Assembly: GCA_046052125.1 (NCBI GenBank)
Contig: JBJOMY010000001.1
Coordinates: 416,001 to 480,000 of the forward strand
Direction of reading: 5' to 3'
Source: Cyanobacteriota bacterium
GTDB lineage: Bacteria > Cyanobacteriota > Cyanobacteriia > PCC-6307 > Cyanobiaceae
DNA length: 64,000 bases
Part shown: positions 42,108 through 51,361 of the stretch, in pieces
Layout of the letters: each line of letters begins with the position of its first letter
How positions within the stretch are numbered: the stretch's first letter is position 1
The notes under the pieces: generated by a model
Told to the model about the DNA's origin: nothing
Databases searched by the model: none
What the model saw: only the letters and a program-made list of their open reading frames with translations
Translations under genes and position numbers: made by a program

Positions 42108-42755
42108 TCAGCGCAGGCGTTTCAGGCAGAGCTCCTCAAAGGCCGGGCGCAGGAGATAGGGGTAATCGCCCACCCAGAGCTTGAGCTGAGGCAACCAGGC
42201 ATCGCTGAGGGCTCCGATGCGAGAGAAGTCTTTGCGCTCGCTGAGCACCAGGCAGCGCACCACCATCCCCGGGCGAATCAACTTGTGCTTTTTGTCGTAG
42301 GGGAAGCGGATCGTGCCCAGATAGCCCTCCTCGTCTTCCAGCTCGAGGCACAGCCAGGTGCGGCGGTTCTCCACCAGCTCCAGGCGGCCCTGGCGATCGG
42401 TGGTTTCCTGGCGGCCCTCCACCAATTCCTTGGTGAAGGTGTCGGCCACTTCACCTTCAAAGATCGCGGCTGCGGGGTAGCGGCGCAGGGTGGCATTCTT
42501 GCGGCCAGCCTCCACGATCGGCCCCCAGAGCATGTAAGTCAGGAAGACGAACCCCACCACCAGAAGAATCGGGGACGCCTGGCTGCTCATGGCCACGCCT
42601 TGACTGATCAGGAGGCTGATGACCCCGCCGATCACGGAGATGAACAGACGCTGCAGCACCTTCTGAGGATTGCCGCTGCAGGCGTTGAATTGCGTACCGG
42701 TGGCCACTGCCGGAATCAGGCGCGGCAGCTCACCGGGGCGAAGCGGAATCAGCAT
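42108..42755 (-). CDS. Conserved cyanobacterial membrane protein
   Basis: LIPAVATGTQF, two TM segments, WVGDYPYL. Confidence 0.78.
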   Translation of the reverse strand: MLIPLRPGELPRLIPAVATGTQFNACSGNPQKVLQRLFISVIGGVISLLISQGVAMSSQASPILLVVGFVFLTYMLWGPIVEAGRKNATLRRYPAAAIFEGEVADTFTKELVEGRQETTDRQGRLELVENRRTWLCLELEDEEGYLGTIRFPYDKKHKLIRPGMVVRCLVLSERKDFSRIGALSDAWLPQLKLWVGDYPYLLRPAFEELCLKRLR

Positions 42756-42781
42756 GGCGCCAGTGTCGAGGCGTGCAGCGC

Positions 42782-43639
42782 TCAGAGCAAGCGCTCAAGG
42801 CCATACACCAGGCCATCGAGCTGGCGCACCTTGCGCACGCTCAGCAGCACACCCGGCATGTAGGCCGAACGATCAATCGTGTCGTGGCGGAGGGTGTACG
42901 TCTCACCGGGTGCGCCGAACATCACCTCCTGGTGCGCCACCAGACCGGGCAAACGAATCGAGTGCAGGCGCAGACCGCTGGGGCGCTCGCCACCGCGGCA
43001 GCCGGCCAGCGTTTCGTGCTCGTCCACCTGTTGGGGGTTGAACGATTTGCCGAGCTCCTCCATCAGCTCCGCCGTTTTGATGCAGGTGCCGCTGGGGGCA
43101 TCGGCCTTGCGGTTGTGGTGGAGCTCAGTGAGCTCTGCGAAGTCGTAAAAGCGGGCGGCGGCAGCGGCGGCCTGCTGCAGCAGCACCATCCCCACGGAGA
43201 AGTTGGGAATCACCGCACCGCCCACCGAAGCCTTTTGGGCAAAGCTCGCCAGATCCTGGAGTTGTTCCGGGCTGAGGCCCGTGGTGCCAATCACCGGGTG
43301 CACCCCGTAGGCAATCGCGCCCCGGGTGTGCTCGTACACCACTGATGGATGGGTGAAATCCACCAGCACAGCCCCGCGACCCGGGCCGTCGTTGCGCACG
43401 GCCTGACTGGCCTGGCAGAGGCAACCTTCGAAATCGGCAGTGATGGCCACCTCCAACTCACCAAGGCCGAGCTCCAGGCCCACATCAGCCCCCTCCTTGC
43501 CGGCGGTGGTGTCGATCGCGCCCGCCAGCCGACAATCGGGCGAGGCCAGCACCGCCTTCACCACCTCAGCGCCCATCCGGCCCAGGGCACCAGCCACCAC
43601 CACGGAGATCGGCTGAACGGCGGTGTCGGGGCTGGTCAT
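42782..43639 (-). CDS. dapB: 4-hydroxy-tetrahydrodipicolinate reductase
   Basis: [27 protein letters not shown]. Confidence 0.97.
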   Translation of the reverse strand: MTSPDTAVQPISVVVAGALGRMGAEVVKAVLASPDCRLAGAIDTTAGKEGADVGLELGLGELEVAITADFEGCLCQASQAVRNDGPGRGAVLVDFTHPSVVYEHTRGAIAYGVHPVIGTTGLSPEQLQDLASFAQKASVGGAVIPNFSVGMVLLQQAAAAAARFYDFAELTELHHNRKADAPSGTCIKTAELMEELGKSFNPQQVDEHETLAGCRGGERPSGLRLHSIRLPGLVAHQEVMFGAPGETYTLRHDTIDRSAYMPGVLLSVRKVRQLDGLVYGLERLL

Positions 43640-43761
43640 GGGGATAAGGCAATGGGCTGAGCCTATGGGCCACCCGCTCCAGGGCTGTAACAGCTTGGAA
43701 TCTGGGCTCGCGGAGGTGCCTGGACCTACGTAGGCTCCTTCACATTGCTCAATCAGCGCGC

Positions 43762-46700
43762 ATGTTCACGCAGGTCCGCTCCGCCTCCCGCCGCGTCAGC
43801 CCCGCGGAGGTGAACGGTCGGGCCGTGATGAAGGCCGTATACGTGGTGCTGGAGCCCCAGTATCAAAACGCGCTCACCCAAGCCGCCACCTCGCTCAACG
43901 ACCAAAACGGTCCGCTGGCGATCGATCTGTGTGGATACCTGATCGAAGAGCTGCGCGACCCGACGAATTACGCCGACTTCTGCGCCGATGTGGCCGAAGC
44001 CGATGTGTTCATCGGCTCGCTGATCTTCATTGAAGACCTGGCCCAGAAGGTGGTGGAGGCCGTGGCACCTCACCGCGATCGCCTCAAGGCCGCCGTGGTG
44101 TTCCCCTCCATGCCGGAGGTGATGCGCCTCAACAAGCTCGGCACCTTCTCCATGGCCCAGTTGGGCCAAAGCAAGAGCGCCATTGCCGGCTTCATGAAGA
44201 AGCGGAAGGAGGCCGGCGGCGCCGGCTTCCAAGACGCGATGTTGAAGCTGCTCAACACCCTGCCCACGGTGTTGAAGTATCTGCCGGTGGAGAAGGCGCA
44301 GGATGCCCGCTCCTTCATGCTCAGCTTCCAGTACTGGCTGGGCGGCACTCCGGACAACCTCCGGAACTTCCTGCTGATGCTGGCGGATAAATACGTCTTC
44401 CCCCGCAACAGCGACGACCGGCCCGCGCTGCAGGTGGCCGATCCTGTTGTGTTCCCCGATCTGGGCATCTGGCACCCTCTGGCCCCCTCGATGTTCGAGG
44501 ACCTCAAGGAGTACCTCAACTGGAACGCCAGCCGCAAAGACCTCTCGGAGAAAGCCCGCAAAGGCCCGGTGATCGGCCTGGTGCTGCAGCGCAGCCACAT
44601 CGTCACCGGCGATGAAGCCCACTACGTGGCGGTGATCCAGGAGATGGAATTCCGCGGCGCCACCGTGATTCCGGTGTTCTGCGGCGGCCTCGACTTCACC
44701 AAGCCGGTGAATGCCTTCTTCTACGACCCGATCAATCCCGATGTGCCGTTGGTGGACGGCGTGGTGTCACTCACCGGTTTTGCCCTCGTGGGCGGCCCGG
44801 CCCGCCAGGACCACCCCAAGGCGATCGAGGTGCTGAAGAAGCTCAATCGTCCCTACATGGTGGCGCTGCCGCTGGTGTTCCAGACCACCCAGGAATGGGA
44901 AGAGAGCGACCTCGGCCTGCACCCGGTGCAGGTGGCGCTGCAGATCGCGATCCCTGAGCTTGATGGCGCCATTGAGCCGATCGTGCTCAGCGGCCGCGAC
45001 GACGCCACCGGCAAGGCCCACACCCTGCAAGACCGGGTGGATGCCATCGCCGAGCGGGCGATCCGCTGGGCCTCGCTGCGGATCAAGCCCCGCGCCGAGA
45101 AGAAGCTGGCGATCACGGTGTTCAGCTTCCCGCCCGATAAGGGCAACGTGGGCACCGCCGCCTACCTCGACGTGTTCGGCTCGATCTACCGCGTGCTCGA
45201 GGAGATGCGGGCCAAGGGCTACGAGGTGAAGGATCTGCCCGCCACTCCCAAGGCGCTGATGGAGGCGGTGCTCCAGGACCCTGAAGCACTGGAAGGAGCC
45301 CCCGAGCTAGCCATCGCCCACCGCATGAGCGTGGAGGAATACGAGCGGCTCACCCCCTATTCCGAGCGCCTTGAGGAGAACTGGGGCAAACCGCCCGGCA
45401 CCCTCAACACCGATGGCACCAACCTGCTGATCTTCGGCCGCCACTTCGGCAACGTGTTTGTTGGCGTGCAGCCCACCTTCGGCTACGAGGGTGATCCGAT
45501 GCGCTTGCTCTATTCCCGCAGCGCCAGCCCGCACCACGGCTTTGCCGCCTACTACACGTATCTCGAGAAGGTGTGGGGCGCCGATGCGGTGCTGCACTTC
45601 GGCACCCACGGCTCGCTGGAGTTCATGCCTGGCAAGCAGATGGGCATGAGTGAAACCTGCTACCCCGATTCACTGATCGGCGCGCTGCCCAACCTCTACT
45701 ACTACGCCGCCAACAACCCCTCGGAAGCCACCATCGCCAAGCGGCGCGGCTACGCCGAAACCATCTCCTACCTCACCCCGCCTGCCGAGAACGCTGGCCT
45801 CTACAAGGGCCTCAAAGAGCTGGGCGAGCTGGTGGGCTCCTACCAGCAGCTGCGGGAAGGCTCCCGCGGTGTGCAGATCGTGAACGCCGTGGTGGAAACG
45901 GCCCGCCAGTGCAACCTCGATAAAGACGTTGAGCTGCCCGAGGTGGATGCCTCCGAGCTCGATCTCGATGCCCGGGATTCAGTGATTGGCGCGGTCTACC
46001 GCCAGCTGATGGAGATCGAGAGCCGCCTCCTGCCCTGCGGCCTGCACACCATCGGCAAGCCCCCCACCGCCGAGGAAGCGATCGCCACCCTGGTGAACAT
46101 CGCCGCCCTCGAGCGCGACGACGACGGCCTTCGCTCCCTGCCGGCCCTGCTGGCCGAGAGCAAAGGCCGCACCATCACCGACGTGTACGCCGGCAACGAC
46201 AACGGTGTGCTCGCCGATGTGGAGCTCAACCGCGTCATCACCGAGACATCCCGCGCCGCCGTGGGCGCGATGGTGCAGGCCGTGACCGGCACCGATGGCC
46301 GCGTGACCCTGCGCCGCAACTTCGCCTGGTTCTTCAATCTGTTGGAGCAGTTCGGCTTCAAGCTGCCCAGCCCCTGGCTGAGCGCCTGCCGCAACGCCGG
46401 CTTCCCGGATGTGGATCAGGCCGAGCTCGACAAGCTGTTCGGCTACCTGCAGTTCTGCCTTGAGCAGGTGTGCGCCGATCTGGAGATGCAGAGCCTGCTG
46501 CGGGCCCTCGATGGCGAATACGTGCTGCCCGGCCCCGGCGGCGACCCGATTCGCAACCCCGGTGTGCTGCCCAGCGGCAAGAACCTGCACGCCCTCGATC
46601 CCCAGGCCATCCCCACCAAGGCCGCGATCGCCGCCGCCAAGGGTGTGGTGGACAAACTGATCGAGCGTCAGAAGCAGGAGCAGGGCACCTGGCCCGAAAC

Positions 46701-47763
46701 GATCGCTTGCGTGCTCTGGGGCACCGACAACATCAAGACCTACGGCGAATCGCTGGCGCAGATCCTCTGGTTCATCGGCGTCAAGCCGGTGCCCGACTCC
46801 CTAGGCCGGGTGAACAAGCTGGAGCTGATCTCCCTCGAAGAGCTGGGCCGCCCCCGCATCGACGTGGTTGTGAACTGCAGCGGTGTGTTCCGCGACCTGT
46901 TCATCAACCAGATGGCGCTGATCGATCAGGGCGTGAAGATGGCCGCCGAGGCTGATGAGCCCCTGGAGATGAACTTCGTGCGCAAGCACTCCCAGGAGCA
47001 GGCCGAGAAGGAGGGCATCTCCCTGCGCGATGCCGCCACCCGCGTGTTCTCCAACGCCAGCGGCAGCTACAGCTCCAACGTGAACCTGGCGGTTGAGAAC
47101 AGCACCTGGGAAGAGGAGAACGAACTGCAGGAGATGTATCTCTCCCGCAAAACGTTCGCCTTCAACGCCGACAACCCCGGCGAGATGAACCAGAAGCGCG
47201 AGGTGTTCGAGTCGGTGATGAAGACCGCTGACGTGACCTTCCAGAACCTGGATTCCGCGGAGATCTCCCTCACCGATGTGAGCCACTATTTCGATAGTGA
47301 TCCCACCAAGCTGATCCAGGGCCTGCGCGACGACGGCAAGGCACCGGCGAGCTACATCGCCGACACCACCACCGCCAATGCCCAGGTTCGCTCGCTGAGC
47401 GAAACGATCCGCCTGGATTCACGCACCAAGCTGCTCAATCCCAAGTGGTACGAGGGCATGCTCAACTCGGGTTACGAGGGCGTGCGTGAAGTGGCGAAGC
47501 GCCTCAACTTCACCCTGGGTTGGAGTGCCACCAGCGGCGCCGTTGACAATTTCGTGTACGAAGAAGCAAACGAAACATTCATCAACGATCCGGAGATGCG
47601 CAAGCGGCTGATGGAGCTCAATCCCCATAGCTTCCGCCGCATTGTGGGCACGCTGCTGGAAGTTAACGGCCGCGGTTACTGGGAAACCTCCGACGAGAAC
47701 ATCCAGCAACTGCAGGAGATCTACCAGGAGATCGAAGACCGTATCGAGGGCGTGGCTAACTAA
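43762..47763 (+). CDS. chlH: Magnesium chelatase subunit H
   Basis: 1333 aa; [34 protein letters not shown]. Confidence 0.98.
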   Translation: MFTQVRSASRRVSPAEVNGRAVMKAVYVVLEPQYQNALTQAATSLNDQNGPLAIDLCGYLIEELRDPTNYADFCADVAEADVFIGSLIFIEDLAQKVVEAVAPHRDRLKAAVVFPSMPEVMRLNKLGTFSMAQLGQSKSAIAGFMKKRKEAGGAGFQDAMLKLLNTLPTVLKYLPVEKAQDARSFMLSFQYWLGGTPDNLRNFLLMLADKYVFPRNSDDRPALQVADPVVFPDLGIWHPLAPSMFEDLKEYLNWNASRKDLSEKARKGPVIGLVLQRSHIVTGDEAHYVAVIQEMEFRGATVIPVFCGGLDFTKPVNAFFYDPINPDVPLVDGVVSLTGFALVGGPARQDHPKAIEVLKKLNRPYMVALPLVFQTTQEWEESDLGLHPVQVALQIAIPELDGAIEPIVLSGRDDATGKAHTLQDRVDAIAERAIRWASLRIKPRAEKKLAITVFSFPPDKGNVGTAAYLDVFGSIYRVLEEMRAKGYEVKDLPATPKALMEAVLQDPEALEGAPELAIAHRMSVEEYERLTPYSERLEENWGKPPGTLNTDGTNLLIFGRHFGNVFVGVQPTFGYEGDPMRLLYSRSASPHHGFAAYYTYLEKVWGADAVLHFGTHGSLEFMPGKQMGMSETCYPDSLIGALPNLYYYAANNPSEATIAKRRGYAETISYLTPPAENAGLYKGLKELGELVGSYQQLREGSRGVQIVNAVVETARQCNLDKDVELPEVDASELDLDARDSVIGAVYRQLMEIESRLLPCGLHTIGKPPTAEEAIATLVNIAALERDDDGLRSLPALLAESKGRTITDVYAGNDNGVLADVELNRVITETSRAAVGAMVQAVTGTDGRVTLRRNFAWFFNLLEQFGFKLPSPWLSACRNAGFPDVDQAELDKLFGYLQFCLEQVCADLEMQSLLRALDGEYVLPGPGGDPIRNPGVLPSGKNLHALDPQAIPTKAAIAAAKGVVDKLIERQKQEQGTWPETIACVLWGTDNIKTYGESLAQILWFIGVKPVPDSLGRVNKLELISLEELGRPRIDVVVNCSGVFRDLFINQMALIDQGVKMAAEADEPLEMNFVRKHSQEQAEKEGISLRDAATRVFSNASGSYSSNVNLAVENSTWEEENELQEMYLSRKTFAFNADNPGEMNQKREVFESVMKTADVTFQNLDSAEISLTDVSHYFDSDPTKLIQGLRDDGKAPASYIADTTTANAQVRSLSETIRLDSRTKLLNPKWYEGMLNSGYEGVREVAKRLNFTLGWSATSGAVDNFVYEEANETFINDPEMRKRLMELNPHSFRRIVGTLLEVNGRGYWETSDENIQQLQEIYQEIEDRIEGVAN

Positions 47764-47774
47764 GGCCGCCGCGC

Positions 47775-48047
47775 ATGACATCCGCCAATGCCATGCGCCT
47801 CAAGCTGCTGCTGAAGGATGATCCACTCCTTCGGCAGCAGCTTTCTCATTGCGACAGCCCCGATCAAGCGATTGCCGTCTGCGCAAAGTTGCAGCTTCAG
47901 ATCAGCATGGCCGATCTCCTGCGCATGGAGGCTCAGATGACATTGACGCTCAATGATGAGCAACTCAATGCGTGGTATGAAACGCCCTACTGGAAGAGGG
48001 TCTTGATCAGCCTGGGCGCTGTACAACCGACTGAGCAGTCTCTATAA
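47775..48047 (+). CDS. Nif11-like leader-domain small protein
   Basis: KDDPLLRQQL..SPDQAIAV..ISMADL..LNDEQL follows the Nif11 pattern; no GG motif. Confidence 0.65.
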   Translation: MTSANAMRLKLLLKDDPLLRQQLSHCDSPDQAIAVCAKLQLQISMADLLRMEAQMTLTLNDEQLNAWYETPYWKRVLISLGAVQPTEQSL

Positions 48048-48143
48048 CCAACACGATTGGGAACGATCTCCCAGAGCCGGATTGACACCCAAGGTGCGTT
48101 GGCTTAGATACAGCGCAGAGATGCTCTAGAGCCCAGGGACGAT

Positions 48144-49328
48144 TTGGACTCAGACCAAGGGCACTCCACTCCATCTCTGCAACAGCACCAAACCGAGCAA
48201 GGCTGGTCTGCAGCCAAAACCAAATGGCTGCTCCAAACGCGCTGGCGCCAAGTGTCGGGGGCCGGCCTGCTCGGCCTCTGCATTGTCACCTTGGCAGTGA
48301 TCAATGTAAGAAAGCGCGCTGCCGAGGCTTACATCACCGGTGATGTGATCACCGTGAAGAGCCCGATCCAAGGACGGGTGGACGATGAAATGCTCAGCAC
48401 GGGGGAACTGTTCAAACCCGGCACGGCACTGGTGTCAGTGGTGGCCAGCCGGCAGGACGAAGCCCGGCAGCAGACAGCCCAATTGGAACTGGAGCAAACC
48501 AGAAAAGACATTCGCTCCACCGAGCTCGAACTCGACAATCTTGTGAGCGCCAACCAGGCAAGGCTGCGGAACGACCTCCAGAGCGCTGAGCGCGAACGAT
48601 TCGACCTCGAGGGTCAGGAGCAGCGTTATGCAAAGCAGGCGAGCCGATACAGGGAGCTGGTGAGCGTGGGTGCTGTGGATCCAGACACCCTGGCAGGCGT
48701 TGAAGCCAACGCCAACAGCTACCGGCAGCGCGCCACTAATCAACGGCGTGTTGTGAGCGACCTCCGGCAGGAACTCCAGGACGCCGAGAGCAAACGCAAA
48801 GCTGGCAGCAGGCAACTACCCCGATCAACGCGCAGGTTGGAAATGCTGGAACTGGAAATCAGCCGCATCAACAATCAGCTCAATCTCTTGAGAGGAAAAG
48901 AGAAAAAGCTTCTGGAGCTCGTGAATTCCAATCAACGGCGTTCTCAGTTTGTCTACAAGCCCAGCTTCAATGGCCTGATGCTCAGTAATCGCATCGCACG
49001 TGGCTCTGAAGTGAATGCTGGAGAAGCGTTGATCACTGTGGTGGACTGCGATCAGCTGAGGGTTGAGGCTGTGTTCAGCAGCAACAAGGTGAAGGACGTG
49101 CGCATCGGCGATCAGGTGAAGCTGAAGATGGCTCACCAGAACAGCGACGTCAGTGGTCGAGTGATCAGCATGCGTGGCGTGAGGGGGATCCGCGCACTGG
49201 AGAACACTGATGCGGCGCAGTTCAAGGCCACCAACGACGACCGGATGCGCCTTCAGATTGCACTCCCAGCAGACCACCAAGCCAGTAAAGACTGCCGACT
49301 GGGCGACCGCGTGGACGTTGAGCTCTAG
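48144..49328 (+). CDS. HlyD-family periplasmic adaptor associated with glucan synthase
   Basis: N-terminal TM, VKSPIQGRV lipoyl half, long coiled coil, G..VNAGEAL..VVDC. TTG start uncertain. Confidence 0.85.
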   Translation: MDSDQGHSTPSLQQHQTEQGWSAAKTKWLLQTRWRQVSGAGLLGLCIVTLAVINVRKRAAEAYITGDVITVKSPIQGRVDDEMLSTGELFKPGTALVSVVASRQDEARQQTAQLELEQTRKDIRSTELELDNLVSANQARLRNDLQSAERERFDLEGQEQRYAKQASRYRELVSVGAVDPDTLAGVEANANSYRQRATNQRRVVSDLRQELQDAESKRKAGSRQLPRSTRRLEMLELEISRINNQLNLLRGKEKKLLELVNSNQRRSQFVYKPSFNGLMLSNRIARGSEVNAGEALITVVDCDQLRVEAVFSSNKVKDVRIGDQVKLKMAHQNSDVSGRVISMRGVRGIRALENTDAAQFKATNDDRMRLQIALPADHQASKDCRLGDRVDVEL

Positions 49329-49331
49329 GCG

Positions 49332-51302
49332 ATGGGTGCGGAAGTTCTCTTCCTGGCCATTGCTCTGCCAGTTGCGATCACGCTGCTGTTGCCCCGCTCC
49401 AATTGGCGCAGACTGCTACTGGTTGGCACCATTTTTATCTTTGGCTTGAGATATTTATGGTGGAGACTGGAGACCTTCCCTTGGACGAGCGATCAGTGGA
49501 GCGCTGAGTGGATCTGGTGGGTGGTGGTTCTCGCGATTGAACTGGCCGTGATCCTGGAGGTGACTCTCTTTTTGCTCTCGGTTGGCTGGCTCACGGATCG
49601 GCGAAACCAGGCCGACGTGGCCGAAGCACAACTCAGAGAGCGCTACGCCGTCCATGGCATCGACGCCATTCCTTCAGTGGATGTGTTCATCACCAGCTAC
49701 AACGAAGGACCAGAAGTTTTAGAGAAATCAATCCTGGGAGCGAGCTCGATCGACTACCCCAAGATCAGGGTCTGGGTGCTCGATGATGGCAAACGAGCCT
49801 GGCTTCAACAGTTTTGCGATGACGCTGGCATTCGATACATCACACGCGCGAGCAACACAGGTGCCAAAGCAGGAAATATCAATCACGCCTTGCAGCAGAG
49901 CGCAGGCGATCTGGTGATGCTGATGGATGCCGATTTTGTGGCCTATCGAAATTCGGCCTGGAGAACAGCGGGCCTATTCGCCGACCCCAAAATCGGCACC
50001 GTGCAAACGCCCCAGAACTTCTTCAATCCCGATGCGATTCAACACAACCTGGGGATCGCAGCGAGCTGGTGCGACGAACAATCCTTCTTCTTTCGCTTAA
50101 TCGCCCGAGGCCGAGACGCCCTTGGGGTGGCGTTCTGCTGCGGCTCCTGTTCGGTGCATCGGCGCAAAGCATTGATGGAAAGCAATGGCTTTCCAACGGA
50201 CTCCATCACCGAAGATATCCTCCTCACCATCAATTTCTGCCGGCTGGGCTGGAAAACGATCTATCTGGCCGAACCGATCTCCACAGGCCTGGCAGCAGAA
50301 ACGCTCGACTCCTTCTTTATCCAACGCAAACGCTGGGGGCGCGGCGGCATTCAGGTGGCCTGGTTGATGCTTGGACGCAAAGGGCTGAACTGGATTCAGC
50401 GGATCTTCTTCCTCCCCTACTCATGGATCACGCAATACAACAGCAGGCTGTTTTTTCAGATCGTGCCGATCGTGTTTTTCTTTTCAGGTATGGCGCCTCT
50501 GCCTGAGGTGGAGGCCGGCACGATTCTCAGCTACCAAGCCAGCTTCCTGGCTTCGATGATCGTGTCGATGGTGGTTCTCAGCGAGGGCTACTACATGCCT
50601 GTATTCAATGAAGCGGTGAGTTTGTTTGCCGCCTTTGAACTGGCACCAGAAATCCTGGCTGCCCTTGCCAAACCCTTTAGCAAGGGATTTGCCGTGACAC
50701 CAAAGGGGAACGATTCCCTATCGGGCTCCATCCTGCCCTACCAACAAACCTTGGTCCCCACCTCGGTGTTGCTGGTGCTCAACATTCTGATCCTCTGGAG
50801 AATCCTCTTTGCGATTGGAGACAGCGTCTCCGAGAGTTCCACAGGCTTACTCGCCTACGGCTTTCTCTGGTGTGTCTTCAACATCGTGCTGCTGGTGATC
50901 TCAGTGCTCCTATCGCTGCAGCGTCCTCAACCGCGGCTGGAGCATCGGATGTTGATCAACAGGATCGCCCACGTGCGCAACCAGGATGGATCGATCATTG
51001 AGGCCAGGCTCATTGATCTATCCCTCACGGGAGCCCTCATTGAACCTACTCACAACGAGAGCTTCAGCGGGGATCCGATCCAGATGTTGGAACTGGAAAC
51101 TGGCTTGATGGTTCCCGTGATTCAGCAATGGAAGCGCCGGGGCGAATTACTGGCACTCAACTTTGCCGAACTGGATCTCGCCACGAAGAAAGGAGTGGTT
51201 GCTTATGCCTTCAGCGGCGCATTCAAATCCTCCGAACAGCCGCAGCAGATTGATCTGGGCAAAACGATCCGCCAGGTGATGGCCCAAGCGGCTAGGGCCT
51301 AG
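49332..51302 (+). CDS. Cellulose synthase-like GT2 with C-terminal PilZ domain
   Basis: DDG, AKAGN, DADF, QTPQ, TED, QRKRW, FAVTPK, PilZ RLEHR and DLSLTG. Confidence 0.92.
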   Translation: MGAEVLFLAIALPVAITLLLPRSNWRRLLLVGTIFIFGLRYLWWRLETFPWTSDQWSAEWIWWVVVLAIELAVILEVTLFLLSVGWLTDRRNQADVAEAQLRERYAVHGIDAIPSVDVFITSYNEGPEVLEKSILGASSIDYPKIRVWVLDDGKRAWLQQFCDDAGIRYITRASNTGAKAGNINHALQQSAGDLVMLMDADFVAYRNSAWRTAGLFADPKIGTVQTPQNFFNPDAIQHNLGIAASWCDEQSFFFRLIARGRDALGVAFCCGSCSVHRRKALMESNGFPTDSITEDILLTINFCRLGWKTIYLAEPISTGLAAETLDSFFIQRKRWGRGGIQVAWLMLGRKGLNWIQRIFFLPYSWITQYNSRLFFQIVPIVFFFSGMAPLPEVEAGTILSYQASFLASMIVSMVVLSEGYYMPVFNEAVSLFAAFELAPEILAALAKPFSKGFAVTPKGNDSLSGSILPYQQTLVPTSVLLVLNILILWRILFAIGDSVSESSTGLLAYGFLWCVFNIVLLVISVLLSLQRPQPRLEHRMLINRIAHVRNQDGSIIEARLIDLSLTGALIEPTHNESFSGDPIQMLELETGLMVPVIQQWKRRGELLALNFAELDLATKKGVVAYAFSGAFKSSEQPQQIDLGKTIRQVMAQAARA

Positions 51303-51361
51303 CGGCTGGATCGTGGACAGGCCTAACCAGGCTCGCTAGACCGCAGAGGGGTGAACAGGCC

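Noticed and set aside
48082..48110. Sigma-70 promoter for hlyD (TTGACA at 48082)
   Set aside because: The -35 is perfect but the -10 at 17 bp (TAGATA) lacks the conserved final T; too weak to call without TSS data.
47775..49328. Prochlorosin/RiPP cluster (Nif11 plus HlyD)
   Set aside because: No GG cleavage site, no Cys-containing core, and no LanM, rSAM or C39 peptidase transporter in the window. The HlyD is coupled to the glucan synthase instead.
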